Below, in pieces: positions 19,013-28,643 of a DNA stretch of 64,000 bases. How positions within the stretch are numbered: the first letter of the stretch is position 1; the number at the start of each line of letters is the position of its first letter. The stretch is from Alphaproteobacteria bacterium (GTDB lineage Bacteria > Pseudomonadota > Alphaproteobacteria > Micavibrionales > UBA2020): the NCBI GenBank assembly GCA_004297545.1, contig SCTB01000026.1, forward strand, positions 10,207-74,206, given 5' to 3'. Under the pieces are notes generated by a model. The model was not told the origin of the DNA. It was given only the letters and a program-made list of their open reading frames with translations, and did not search any database. The position numbers and the translations under genes are program-made.

Positions 19013-19990
19013 ATGCGCGCGAACCAGAAAGTCAAGGAAATGCCGAAAAACACGACCAGCCGTTCCTGGGGCATCACGCCCGTAGTACAGGAAATTCTGT
19101 CGAAATACGAAAGCGACAGCCCCGGCGTGAAGGCGAACATCGCGCGCATCCTGATGCACGGCAAGCTGGCCGGCACCGGCAAGATGGTCATCCTACCCGT
19201 CGACCAGGGCTTCGAGCACGGCCCCGCGCGCAGCTTCGCCGTCAACCCCGACGCCTACGACCCCCATTACCACTATCAGCTGGCGGTTGACTCGGGCTGC
19301 AACGCCTATGCCGCGCCGCTCGGCTCGCTGGAAGCCGGCGCCGATACCTTCGCGGGCGCCATTCCGCTGATCCTGAAAATCAACTCCTCCAACAGCCTTG
19401 TTTCCGTGAAAGACCAGTCGGTCAACGGCTCGGTGAAGGACGCCCTGCGCCTGGGTTGCGCGGCCATCGGCTTCACGGTCTATCCCGGCTCCGAATTCAT
19501 GCTGGAGCAGCAGGAAGAAATCCGCGCGCTGTCGGAAGAAGCAAAGTCTTACGGCATCGCGACCGTGATGTGGTCTTACGTGCGCGGCCCGAAAATCTCG
19601 AAAGAGGGCGAAACCGCCATCGACACCATCGCCTATGGCGCGCATATGGCCGCGCTGCTGGGCGCCCATATCATCAAGGTCAAGCTGCCCACCGACCACC
19701 TGGAGCAGCCCGAAGCCAAGAAGGTTTATGAGGAGAAGAAAATTCCCATCAAGACCCAGGCCGAACGCGTGCGCCATATCATGCAGTGCTCCTTCAACAA
19801 CCGCCGCCTCGTCGTATTCTCGGGCGGCGCCACGAAGGACGAGGACAGCGTGTTCGAAGATGCGCGCGCCATATATGAAGGCGGCGGCAACGGCTCCATC
19901 ATCGGCCGCAACTGCTTCCAGCGCCCGCGCGACGAGTCGATTGCGATGCTCGACAAAATCATGGACATCTACCTGGGCAAAGACGCGTAA
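19013..19990 (+). CDS. fbaB: Class I fructose-bisphosphate aldolase
   Basis: ILPVDQGFEHGP, AHIIKVK Schiff-base Lys, GSIIGRN; GGAGG RBS. Confidence 0.93.
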   Translation: MRANQKVKEMPKNTTSRSWGITPVVQEILSKYESDSPGVKANIARILMHGKLAGTGKMVILPVDQGFEHGPARSFAVNPDAYDPHYHYQLAVDSGCNAYAAPLGSLEAGADTFAGAIPLILKINSSNSLVSVKDQSVNGSVKDALRLGCAAIGFTVYPGSEFMLEQQEEIRALSEEAKSYGIATVMWSYVRGPKISKEGETAIDTIAYGAHMAALLGAHIIKVKLPTDHLEQPEAKKVYEEKKIPIKTQAERVRHIMQCSFNNRRLVVFSGGATKDEDSVFEDARAIYEGGGNGSIIGRNCFQRPRDESIAMLDKIMDIYLGKDA

Positions 19991-20025
19991 CCTTCTAAAA
20001 CGCGGAAAACTGCCGCCCAAGGGCC

Positions 20026-20700
20026 ATGAAGACCGAGAACCCACGCTGCCAGCTCTATATCATCACGCCGCCCAAACTGGCGCCGGAGGCTTTTGCGCCG
20101 CAGCTCTCCCGCGCGCTTGACGCGGGCGAAGTCGCCTCCGTGCAGCTGCGCCTTGAAAACGCCGATGACGACATGTGGAAGCGAGCGATCGAAAAGCTCA
20201 TGCCGATCGTGCAGGAGCGCGAGGTTGCTTTCATCATCAACAACCGCGCGGACCTTGCGAAGGAAATGGACGCGGACGGCGCGCATCTTGGCATCTACGA
20301 CATGCGCATCAAGGATGCGCGCGGGCTTCTGGGGCCGGACAAGATTATCGGCGCCAGTTGCATGGACAGCAAGCATCTGGCGATGACGGCGGCTGAAAGC
20401 GGCGCGGATTACGTGAGTTTCGGGCCGTTCTTCACGACCCGCTCCCCCTATTACCCGAAAGAGAACTACGCGCCCAAGTACATGGTCTCGCCGACCATCC
20501 TGTCGTGGTGGAGCGCCATCATGGAAACCCCTTGCGTGGCCGCGGGCGGCATCAAGCCGTCCAACTGCCGCGATATCGTGAAGGCGGGGGCTGATTTCAT
20601 CTGTGCGTCAACCTCCATCTGGGAATACCCGGGCGGGGGCGCAGCCGCCATCCGCGACTTCCACGAGGCGATGAACCAAGTGGCGGTTAAGGTCGGCTGA
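20026..20700 (+). CDS. thiE: Thiamine-phosphate synthase
   Basis: QLYIITP, VQLR, ADGAHLG, GADYVSFGPFF; usual position after fba. Confidence 0.85.
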   Translation: MKTENPRCQLYIITPPKLAPEAFAPQLSRALDAGEVASVQLRLENADDDMWKRAIEKLMPIVQEREVAFIINNRADLAKEMDADGAHLGIYDMRIKDARGLLGPDKIIGASCMDSKHLAMTAAESGADYVSFGPFFTTRSPYYPKENYAPKYMVSPTILSWWSAIMETPCVAAGGIKPSNCRDIVKAGADFICASTSIWEYPGGGAAAIRDFHEAMNQVAVKVG

Positions 20701-20716
20701 TTCTTATACCTTGATA

Positions 20717-21223
20717 TTATTTCGGCTTCGGGCGCGTCGTCGAGGTGACGGTCGTCTTGGCGCTCTTTGTGGTCGAAGCGGTGGCAGGCTCCTCCGGCGT
20801 GGTCTTCGTGAACTTGCTGCCGTCGCCCTTCTCCTTGGCCTCGTCGTCCATGAAAGGCGTGACGAAAAGCGACGCGCCGCCGGTCATGAGCGCCAGTAAA
20901 AGATGCGCCCCGGCCCTGTCGTCAGCCTTCGCGCCTTTGGGCCGCACAACATCGCCTTTCAGGAACTCCCCGTCTTTGTAATGGTCGTTGAGCACCGTGC
21001 CGTCGTTCTTGGTCGAGACGCGCGCAGGTTTTTTGCCGTCGTCGTCGAGCTTGCCGCCGTGGTCGCGCAGCCAGGACGCAAGGTCGCGGCCTTCGGGTTT
21101 ATTTTTCATCGCCTCCAGTTGCTTGGCGACCTCTCCGGAAACCTTGTAAATTTCATCGGTATGCCAGCGCGCCTTTGGGGAGTTTCCGTCAGCGTCTTTG
21201 ACGAAGATATGAGCGTCAGCCAT
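20717..21223 (-). CDS. Hypothetical protein
   Basis: 168-aa ORF, AGGAGG RBS, tail TTRPKPK. Confidence 0.65.
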   Translation of the reverse strand: MADAHIFVKDADGNSPKARWHTDEIYKVSGEVAKQLEAMKNKPEGRDLASWLRDHGGKLDDDGKKPARVSTKNDGTVLNDHYKDGEFLKGDVVRPKGAKADDRAGAHLLLALMTGGASLFVTPFMDDEAKEKGDGSKFTKTTPEEPATASTTKSAKTTVTSTTRPKPK

Positions 21224-21319
21224 GGTCGCGCCTCCTGCTTTGCGGTTTTATATATTCTAGCGGATTACGGTTAATAATTTGTCAAAAGCCTGCGCAAGCC
21301 CTTGAAATGCAGGCAAAGG

Positions 21320-22396
21320 TCAGACCGGGGCCGCCTGCACAAGACCGATATCATCCGCTCCCGTCGCCAGCATGACGAGTCTGTCGACGCCCAGGGCATT
21401 GCCGCTGCAGGCAGGCAGGCCGAATTCGAGGGCCTTTAAAAAATCTTCATCCACCGGGTAGTCGTCGCCGTAAACCTTTTTGCGCAGGCGCACATCGGCA
21501 AGAAAGCGTTCCCGCTGCACCGCCGCATCGGTCAGTTCGCCGAAAGCATTGGCAAGCTCGATGCCGCAAACGTAAACCTCGAAGCGCTCCGCGAAGCGTC
21601 CGTCTTCCGGCTTGGGGCGGGACAGCGCGGCCATCGAGACGGGATAGTCGTAAATGATAGAGGGCGCGGGAGAGCCGAGGCGCGGCTCGACCTTTTCCAT
21701 GAGAATTTTCAGCAGCGCGTTTTCCCAGTCGTCATGCGGCGAGACGTAGACGTCGATGCGTCTGGCTTCCGCGCGGATATGCGCGAGGTCGCAGAGATTG
21801 TTCGAAATATCCACGCCCGCGTATTTCTTCAGTGCGTCCACGACGGTGATTTTCTCCCACGGCTGATGCGGATCGCAAAACTTACCGTCATTCCCGCGAA
21901 AGCGGGAATCTCCCGCAACGAAAGCTGCCCCCCGCTCTTCGGCACGGGATCCCCGCTTTCGCGGGGATGACGACGCGGCGATATGCCGCACCAGATCTGC
22001 CGTTTCCTCCATCATATCCTTGTAGTCCATGCCGCGCTGGTACCATTCCAGCATCGTGAATTCCGGCGAGTGCCACGACGAGCCTTCCGCGTTGCGGAAA
22101 ACCTTCGCGAGCTGGTAGATTTTCGGCAGGCCGGCGACGAGAAGCTTTTTCATCGCGAATTCGGGGCTCGTATGCAGGTACATCGTGCGCTTCGACTGGC
22201 GGTCGGCGCTCAAAAGCTCCGTGCGGAAGCCCTGGATATGCGCCTCCATGCAGGGCGCCGTCTGCAGCGCCGGCGTATCGACCTCAAGATATCCGCGCGC
22301 GTCGAAAAAGGCGCGTATCTCGCCAAAGATGCGCGCGCGCTCCTGAAGGTAGGGAACTTTCCTCATGAAACGATCGGGATGCCACCAGGGATTCAT
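21320..22396 (-). CDS. epmA: EF-P lysine aminoacylase (EpmA/GenX), with in-frame repeat insertion
   Basis: YLHTSPEFAMKKLL, FRNAE..HSPEFTMLEWY, ERFEVY, ELANAFGEL, LGVDRL. Confidence 0.95.
   Translation of the reverse strand: MNPWWHPDRFMRKVPYLQERARIFGEIRAFFDARGYLEVDTPALQTAPCMEAHIQGFRTELLSADRQSKRTMYLHTSPEFAMKKLLVAGLPKIYQLAKVFRNAEGSSWHSPEFTMLEWYQRGMDYKDMMEETADLVRHIAASSSPRKRGSRAEERGAAFVAGDSRFRGNDGKFCDPHQPWEKITVVDALKKYAGVDISNNLCDLAHIRAEARRIDVYVSPHDDWENALLKILMEKVEPRLGSPAPSIIYDYPVSMAALSRPKPEDGRFAERFEVYVCGIELANAFGELTDAAVQRERFLADVRLRKKVYGDDYPVDEDFLKALEFGLPACSGNALGVDRLVMLATGADDIGLVQAAPV
21886..21972. repeat. 87-bp palindromic repeat inserted in frame in epmA
   Basis: cgtcattcccgcgaaagcgggaatc...gatccccgctttcgcggggatgacg; similar to intergenic 34007-34106. 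Confidence 0.85.
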
Positions 22397-23031
22397 GGGT
22401 GCTTCAGTTTTAGCGACTGCCCCTTCGCCCTGTCGTGCAGGCGGCGCTGTTTCATGACGGGCGTATTCAGCATTTTTTCCACGGCGGCGCTGGCCTTTTC
22501 CGCGGAAGAGGCGCGCGCGATGTCAAGCGCCGAAAGCCCGGCGTTGTCGGGAACGGCAGGGTCCGCGCCCTTGGCCGCCAGCATCTCGAACGGCGTCTTG
22601 TCGATATCCTCGCGGCCCTCCAGAAACAGGGGGAGGGAAAGATGCAGCGGCGTCTCGCCCGTGCGCGGGTCGGGGGTGTTCAGCGCCAAACCCTCCTGCA
22701 GCAGCATGACGGAGACCAGCATCGCATCGCGTTTTTCGAAACCGTAATGCAGCGGCGTGACGCCCGCATTGTCGGCCAGCCCCGCATCCGCGCCCGCATG
22801 CTGCAGCGCAAAGAACTGGGCCCAGAGGCTGCCTTCCTGCTTCCTGCCGTCCTCCGTCGAAACCTTGTCGAGGATCGTGAACAACAGATTGCGCCCGGTT
22901 GCGGGGTCGCGCACGTTCGGGTCGGCGCCTTTGTCCAGCGCCTCCTTGAGGCCGACGATGTCGCTTTTTTCCACGGCCTTGACGAGCGCGCGGTCGTGGA
23001 CGGGACTGCTGAATGTCTTTTTCGGCGTCAT
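22393..23031 (-). CDS. Ankyrin repeat protein
   Basis: LDKGADPN, GVTPLH, GETPLH, KGADP..DNAGLSALDIA; ATGA overlaps with both neighbours. Confidence 0.85.
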   Translation of the reverse strand: MTPKKTFSSPVHDRALVKAVEKSDIVGLKEALDKGADPNVRDPATGRNLLFTILDKVSTEDGRKQEGSLWAQFFALQHAGADAGLADNAGVTPLHYGFEKRDAMLVSVMLLQEGLALNTPDPRTGETPLHLSLPLFLEGREDIDKTPFEMLAAKGADPAVPDNAGLSALDIARASSAEKASAAVEKMLNTPVMKQRRLHDRAKGQSLKLKHP

Positions 23032-23681
23032 GACGGTTTCGGCGCAAGCTTCAGCCGGATAGGCTTTATCGCCATGGCTTCCGGAAGGCCCTCGCGCAGG
23101 GCCTCGCACATGTCGGCCGAAGCCTGCTTCATCTGCTGCTCGAAAATATAGGCCGGGTCGTGGGTGCGGATGTATTCTTTCATCGCCGCCACGATTTCGC
23201 CCGCGAAGGGCCATTGTATCGCGTATTCCCTGCCGCGCTGCATCACATCGAGGCCGCCCCCGCCCTTGCGCGTCACCTCAGCGCCTTTTTCCAGCAGCCA
23301 GATCACGCGGTCCGTCTTTTTCTCGTCCATATCCATGTTGAAGGCCCAGTGCAGCGGCGTCTGCTGCTGCCGCCCGGAAACCGTGTTGATATCCGCGCCG
23401 TTCTCCAGCAGCAGCGCCGCGATGCTGAAATGCTTGTTTTCCAGCGCCGCGATGAGCGGCGTCTCGCCCTCGTCGTCTTCCAGGTTCACGTCGGCGTTCT
23501 TTTCAATCAGCAGCTTCACGATGTCTTCGCGGCCCGCATAGGCCGCATGATAGAGGGCGGAGCGGTTCATGCTGTCGGCCGTATCGGGATCGACGCGGGC
23601 TGCAAGCTCGGCACGCACGGCTTCGATGTCGCCGTCGCGGGCGGCGTCGATGATCGGTTCTTCGCAGGGCACAATCGTCAT
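23028..23681 (-). CDS. Ankyrin repeat protein
   Basis: SALYHAA, GETPLIAA, LLENGADIN, QTPLHWA. Confidence 0.88.
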   Translation of the reverse strand: MTIVPCEEPIIDAARDGDIEAVRAELAARVDPDTADSMNRSALYHAAYAGREDIVKLLIEKNADVNLEDDEGETPLIAALENKHFSIAALLLENGADINTVSGRQQQTPLHWAFNMDMDEKKTDRVIWLLEKGAEVTRKGGGGLDVMQRGREYAIQWPFAGEIVAAMKEYIRTHDPAYIFEQQMKQASADMCEALREGLPEAMAIKPIRLKLAPKPS

Positions 23682-23793
23682 GAGAAACCTTGTCTTAAAG
23701 CTGCAATTGTATAGCAATTATATTCCATAATGTCAATGGGCGCCCCGACGCCCGGATATTGCCATAACGCCAATTACATAGTATGGTCCGCCC

Positions 23794-24528
23794 ATGAAAG
23801 GATCACACCCGATGCCCACCCGCGAGCTTCCCCGGCTTGTCGAAGAAGCGCTGCATGACATGGCGGCATGCGATGCCGGCGAAACGATGGCCGGTTTCGT
23901 GCGCGAACGGCTGCCGCTGCTGAAAAAGCAGGCGCGCTCCCGCAACGAGGCGATCGTCAACCGCGGCGAACTCGCGATCGTTATCACCGGCGACGCGGCG
24001 GGGCGCCTTGCGCTCGCCTCCGCCTATGCGCAGGCGCTCCACGGATTTGAGATCACCGCGGGCCGCGACGACGCGGAATCTACCGTGCTGAAAACCGTGC
24101 AATGGCGCAACATCATCGCGGACGAGCAGGGCAACCCGCTGCCTTTCCGCAAAGCCAGCGACAAACTCTATTCCGCGAAAAGCGACGCCGAAGGCGGCGT
24201 GCTGGTCATCGAAAACATCTACGACCTGCCGCCGAACGCCGCGAATGAAAACGCCGTCGCGCAGGCGCAGAACGGCGCGTTCCAGATGCTTGCCGACCTT
24301 CTCACGGAGTATGCGGAGCGCGATTACACGCCGGTCATCGTGCTGACGGGCGAGGCGGATAAAATGCAGCGGTTCCTGGCGGAGCGCCGCGGCGGCGCGG
24401 CCTATTTCACGAACCCCGTCCTCACCGCGACCGCCGCGGCTCCCCCGCCGGCGCCCGATGTTCCCGCCGCGACGATGTCGGACGTCACGGTCACCCGGCC
24501 GCTGAAGCTGAAGAAGCCGGGCCTTTAG
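23794..24528 (+). CDS. Degenerate CbbX/SpoVK-like AAA-fold protein (paralogue of 27781-28497)
   Basis: LAIVITG, YAQALHG, AEGGVLVIENIY, PVIVLTGEADKMQRFL; no Walker A GKT. Confidence 0.6.
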   Translation: MKGSHPMPTRELPRLVEEALHDMAACDAGETMAGFVRERLPLLKKQARSRNEAIVNRGELAIVITGDAAGRLALASAYAQALHGFEITAGRDDAESTVLKTVQWRNIIADEQGNPLPFRKASDKLYSAKSDAEGGVLVIENIYDLPPNAANENAVAQAQNGAFQMLADLLTEYAERDYTPVIVLTGEADKMQRFLAERRGGAAYFTNPVLTATAAAPPPAPDVPAATMSDVTVTRPLKLKKPGL

Positions 24529-24548
24529 ATGAAGAAGGGTTTAAAATA

Positions 24549-24977
24549 ATGGGCGCACAGCAGGATAGGGACGAGAGGGCGGAGCGTGTTCACGCGTTTG
24601 AATCCGCCGTGATGGGGAACGACGTCGCGACAGCAAGGAAATTGCTGGAGAGCGGGTTCATATACGAGAAGTACAGCTGGCCGCGGACCTCATACGAACA
24701 TATCCTGAAGGACGTCGTGTATCGCGGAAACGCGCAGATGTATTCGCTGCTGAAGCAGCATGGCATCGATTTTCGTTACCTGGAGAGCGATGCCAGATAC
24801 CAGTTGAAACTGGAGGTCGTCGATAGAGACGTCAAATTTTCCGCCCTGCAGGAAGAGCTGAGAGAAACAAAAGCGGAAGTGACCGCGCTGCGCGATCTCG
24901 TCACCGGCCTGTCGCAGAAACTGGAAGAACTGGACGGCCCGAAACTGGACAAGCCGCGCCCTTCGCTGAAACGCTGA
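24549..24977 (+). CDS. Hypothetical protein with degenerate ankyrin-like helices and coiled coil
   Basis: AVMGNDVATARKLLESG; heptad C-terminus; tail PKLDKPRPSLKR. Confidence 0.6.
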   Translation: MGAQQDRDERAERVHAFESAVMGNDVATARKLLESGFIYEKYSWPRTSYEHILKDVVYRGNAQMYSLLKQHGIDFRYLESDARYQLKLEVVDRDVKFSALQEELRETKAEVTALRDLVTGLSQKLEELDGPKLDKPRPSLKR

Positions 24978-25018
24978 AAAGCGCCGCAGACGCCGGATTC
25001 ATTTGAGAAAACCGTCGC

Positions 25019-25034
25019 TTAAACGAACATTAAC
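25019..25034 (+). promoter_or_regulatory. CtrA consensus box TTAA-N7-TTAAC
   Basis: ttaa acgaaca ttaac, followed by TATAAT ~12 bp downstream. Confidence 0.65.
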
Positions 25035-25094
25035 GCCTGCCGCGGTATAATGGGGCTTACAGCATGAGTTCCGACATAGAACGAGGATTCAGCT

Positions 25095-25802
25095 TTGTCA
25101 GGCACAGAAGAAAATATGCCGGCCATGGATGGCCCGGCCGCTCCATTTAGCGCTGAGCGCAAGCCCGGGTGGAAATCGCCTTGGTTTTTCATCTTCGCCG
25201 CAGCCGCCGCGGCCATTTTCATTTATGACGCGGCCCTCTACGACAAGATCCACTCGCCCCCGCCGCCGCCCCAGCCCGTCGTTTTCAGCAGCATGCGCCA
25301 CAGCGTCATTCAGGCCTCCAGCGGATTCCAGGCCCTGGTGGCCACGGTTTGCTGGATCTTGGGCGCCGGAATCCTGCTGAGCGGCAGCTTCAAGGTGTTC
25401 GGCGCATGGCGGCGCCGGAAGAGGGATCCCGCCCCTGTCCCGCGCGGCGAAAAAGCCCTGCTTTACCTGCTTCTTGGTGTCGGCCTGATGGCGTATCCCT
25501 TCGTGTATGAGAATTTCCGGCAGTCTTACGGTTATTACGAGGCCTATTACCACCCTTATTACGGCTACACGCAGGAGAAACCCAACACCGCAAACTTTAG
25601 AACTTTCGCTTTCTACAGCTTGTACTTCGGCACGATTGCGTTTCTCTTTGGCAGCTTCGCGCTGAAAAAGGCGCAGCGCCTGAAGGACGACCCGGCGGCG
25701 CCCGCGCTGAAGGACAAGGCCGCGTTCCGCTTTACGGCGGGATTCATTATGACCGCGCTGCCCTTCGCCTGCGCGTCGTTTATGGGGGTGGATCTGTGGT
25801 AA
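25095..25802 (+). CDS. Multi-TM protein, tandem paralogue 1 (IcmD/DotP-like units)
   Basis: ASSGFQALVATVCWILG; KAQRLKDDPAA; ends GVDLW; ATG at 25116 is an alternative start. Confidence 0.7.
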   Translation: MSGTEENMPAMDGPAAPFSAERKPGWKSPWFFIFAAAAAAIFIYDAALYDKIHSPPPPPQPVVFSSMRHSVIQASSGFQALVATVCWILGAGILLSGSFKVFGAWRRRKRDPAPVPRGEKALLYLLLGVGLMAYPFVYENFRQSYGYYEAYYHPYYGYTQEKPNTANFRTFAFYSLYFGTIAFLFGSFALKKAQRLKDDPAAPALKDKAAFRFTAGFIMTALPFACASFMGVDLW

Positions 25803-26488
25803 AGGAAACAGAGAAAATCATGGCCCCGGCCCCGCTCGCTGATAGTGCGCGCAAGCCCGGCTTGATATCTGTCCGGTCCGTGGTCTTCGTTATCGCCGCC
25901 GCCGCCGCCGCGGCGCATTTTATTTTAGATTCATATTGGAGCGAGCCGGCGCCGCCGCGAAAAGTAACCTTCCGTACCATAAACTCCGGCCAAATCGCTG
26001 CCGCCCACTCATTTCAGAACCTGACAGACACCATCTGCTGGATGTTCAGCGTCGGGTTTACGATCAGGGGCTGCGTCAGGCTGAATAAAGCCATGAAATA
26101 CCACTACGGCACACCGGAGTACGCCCGGCTCTGGAAACGCACCCGGCTATATTTCGTCCTGGGGATTTTCTTCATGACCTTCCCTTTCATTCGGGACGCG
26201 ATGCAGGGGCACATGATGTGCAACACGAACAGTCCTCACCCCTGCCCCGCCGACATAGCCCGGCAGCAGGATAGCCTGCAGCTGCTCGCCGTCGCCTTCT
26301 GGCACATCGGCGGGCTGGGCTTTTATTTCGGCAGCCTCGCTTTGGCCAAGGCGCAGCAGCTCAAAGACGACCCGGCAGCCGCCGCGCTGAAGAACGAGGC
26401 GGCGGGCTGCCTGCTGATCGGATTCATGACCCCCGCAGCCGCCATCGCCTGGGCGGGGTTTCAGGGGGTGGAATTGTGGTTCCCATGA
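25796..26488 (+). CDS. Multi-TM protein, tandem paralogue 2
   Basis: SFQNLTDTICW; KAQQLKDDPAAAALK; GVELW. Confidence 0.7.
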   Translation: MVKETEKIMAPAPLADSARKPGLISVRSVVFVIAAAAAAAHFILDSYWSEPAPPRKVTFRTINSGQIAAAHSFQNLTDTICWMFSVGFTIRGCVRLNKAMKYHYGTPEYARLWKRTRLYFVLGIFFMTFPFIRDAMQGHMMCNTNSPHPCPADIARQQDSLQLLAVAFWHIGGLGFYFGSLALAKAQQLKDDPAAAALKNEAAGCLLIGFMTPAAAIAWAGFQGVELWFP

Positions 26489-27093
26489 ACAAATTCAAGG
26501 TTTTTCTTCTGCCGTTTTTGTTGATATCGGCCTCTGCCGATGCAGGGACAACGTCGTTCCGGCGCATGAGCGAAAATGTCATCGTCGCCTCCAGCGGTTT
26601 TTCAAACCTTATTTCAACATTGTGCTGGCTGATCGGCATCGGATTTGCGATTTCCGGCTGCGTCAGGCTGTATAAGGCCTGGCGCCGCGGCAGGGACGCC
26701 CCGGACTTCCGCAGGCTGAAGGAAAAAGCGATGTTCAGGCTGTTCGTGGGCCTCGGCTTTTTCGCCTATCCCTTCGTGCAGCAGGCTTATACGCCTTCCT
26801 ACACTTACGGCGGCTACTACGGGAACCGCTATTATGGCAGCCCCTCTTACGGCTACGTCTATACGCCGCCGGGGCCGGAGGACCACATGAGGCTGCTCGC
26901 GGCAGTCTGCTGGTACTTCGCCATGATGGCGTTTTTATTCAGCAACCTCGCCCTCGCGAAAGCGCAGCAGCTCAAAGACGACCCGGCAGCCGCGGCGCTG
27001 AAGGACAAGGCCGCGTTCTGTCTGCTGACGGGATTCACCCTGACCGTCCTCCCTTTCGCCTGCGCATCGTTTCTGGGGGTGGAGTTGTGGTGA
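26485..27093 (+). CDS. Multi-TM protein, tandem paralogue 3
   Basis: Signal-like N-terminus; ASSGFSNLISTLCWLIG; KAQQLKDDPAAAALK; ATGA overlap. Confidence 0.7.
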   Translation: MNKFKVFLLPFLLISASADAGTTSFRRMSENVIVASSGFSNLISTLCWLIGIGFAISGCVRLYKAWRRGRDAPDFRRLKEKAMFRLFVGLGFFAYPFVQQAYTPSYTYGGYYGNRYYGSPSYGYVYTPPGPEDHMRLLAAVCWYFAMMAFLFSNLALAKAQQLKDDPAAAALKDKAAFCLLTGFTLTVLPFACASFLGVELW

Positions 27094-27719
27094 GGACAGC
27101 CGAAAAAATATTTATGCTGCTTCTCCTCGCCGTCTGCGCGATGTTCCTGGCCGTCGATATCAACAGCCAGCCCGTCGCGGCAGCTGAGGTTATCCGGAAC
27201 TACACCGGCTGCCAGAGCGGTTTGCCCGGCCTGATCAAAACGATGTGCTGGATTGTGGGCGGCGTCTTTTCGCTGGCCGGCGCGCGCAGCATCTACAGCA
27301 CCGTGATGCGCACATGGGATGAGCCCAGCCTGCCCGACCTGCCGAAGAGAACCTGGGTTTACTTCTTCCTGGCATTCGGCTTTACCATGCTGCCGACCAT
27401 GCTGGCGTTTTTTTCCATGCCGCATTGCCCCGTCCCGGTCGGAACTTACAACGGCATACCCTTAGGATTTCCCGGCGGCTGCATCAATGAGGTGACGCGG
27501 GCGGATTATTACCGGCTGCATCTCTCGTTCATCTTCGCTTACGGCGGCGCTCTGGGGTTTTATTTAAGCTATTTCGCGCTGTCCAAGGCGCTGCGCTTCC
27601 GCAACACCCCGGCAGAAGCTGCGCTGAACAGGGAAGCCGCCTTGCTGCTGCTGATGTCTTTCGTCATGGCATCCATTCCGTTTGTCTGGGCAATGGGGGT
27701 GGGGGTGGAGTTGCGGTAG
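27087..27719 (+). CDS. Multi-TM protein, tandem paralogue 4
   Basis: SGLPGLIKTMCWIVG; KALRFRNTPAEAAL; GVELR. Confidence 0.7.
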   Translation: MVRTAEKIFMLLLLAVCAMFLAVDINSQPVAAAEVIRNYTGCQSGLPGLIKTMCWIVGGVFSLAGARSIYSTVMRTWDEPSLPDLPKRTWVYFFLAFGFTMLPTMLAFFSMPHCPVPVGTYNGIPLGFPGGCINEVTRADYYRLHLSFIFAYGGALGFYLSYFALSKALRFRNTPAEAALNREAALLLLMSFVMASIPFVWAMGVGVELR

Positions 27720-27780
27720 ATATTATTTGACATAATAATATCAATCCTGTACTGTATTCCCCAGCAACCGGGGAACCCCC

Positions 27781-28497
27781 ATGATTATCGATGCCCAATT
27801 AATCGCCGAAGCGCTTCTGGATATCCGACCCTTTGACAAGGGCGGCGAAATGACTAAAAAAATCAATGATATGATGCAGATCGTCGAGGATGCAGAGGCC
27901 GCAGGTACCGGTCCTGTCGACCGCACCAGCCTTGCCATCGTTATCACCGGCGAGCCTCAGGCCTGCGAGGTCATGGCGCAGGCTTATACCAAGGCCCTGC
28001 ACGGCCATGGGCTGATCGCCGGGAAGTCCCTTTCCGACCCCCCGGCTCTGGAAAAAATCGACTGGCCTGGCGACTTCGAAGACTCCTTTATCAGCCGTCA
28101 GCTCCAGGAATATAACCACGCCTACAAGACGATAAACGAGGCAAAAGACCGCGCCGCGGGCGGCACGCTGGTCATCCCGGGCATCCATAAAATGCCCTAT
28201 GTCGGCTATGTCGACGAGGAAGATGCCGGCCCCAAGGCACTGAATGGCGCGCTCCGGGCCATTACCTCCTTTATGGCGGAGGGCGCCGGGAAAGAGCGCA
28301 CCCCCGTCGTCATCCTGACCGGCGAGGCGGAGCCGATGGCGGCATTTCTGGCGCAACAGCCTGAAATGCAAAAGCTTTTTGAGGGAAAAACCCTGGCCGT
28401 CTGCACGGAGGACCCCGCCTACTCCACGGAACTGAACGACCGCATCACCGTGCGCGGCCCCCTCAAGCTGAAATTGCGCTCCCCCTCATTTTCTTGA
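27781..28497 (+). CDS. Degenerate CbbX/SpoVK-like AAA-fold protein (paralogue of 23794-24528)
   Basis: LAIVITG, YTKALHG, AAGGTLVIPGIH, PVVILTGEAEPMAAFLAQQP. Confidence 0.6.
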   Translation: MIIDAQLIAEALLDIRPFDKGGEMTKKINDMMQIVEDAEAAGTGPVDRTSLAIVITGEPQACEVMAQAYTKALHGHGLIAGKSLSDPPALEKIDWPGDFEDSFISRQLQEYNHAYKTINEAKDRAAGGTLVIPGIHKMPYVGYVDEEDAGPKALNGALRAITSFMAEGAGKERTPVVILTGEAEPMAAFLAQQPEMQKLFEGKTLAVCTEDPAYSTELNDRITVRGPLKLKLRSPSFS

Positions 28498-28583
28498 CTT
28501 TATCCTCATAAACCGCCTATAAGACAGCAGTTTTGTTGAGGCAAGGCGTCATCCGCAATGGATAGCTTTTTGCGCTCCGCGTC

Positions 28584-28613
28584 CCCCAGTCGGCGAAGTT
28601 ACGCTCACTGGGG
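28584..28613 (+). ncRNA. Hairpin in ffh leader (possible alphaproteobacterial ffh RNA motif)
   Basis: ccccagt-cggcgaagttacgctc-actgggg, 30 nt upstream of the ffh start. Confidence 0.4.
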
Positions 28614-28643
28614 CGAAATTGTTTTGGTTATTGAGGATAAAAC

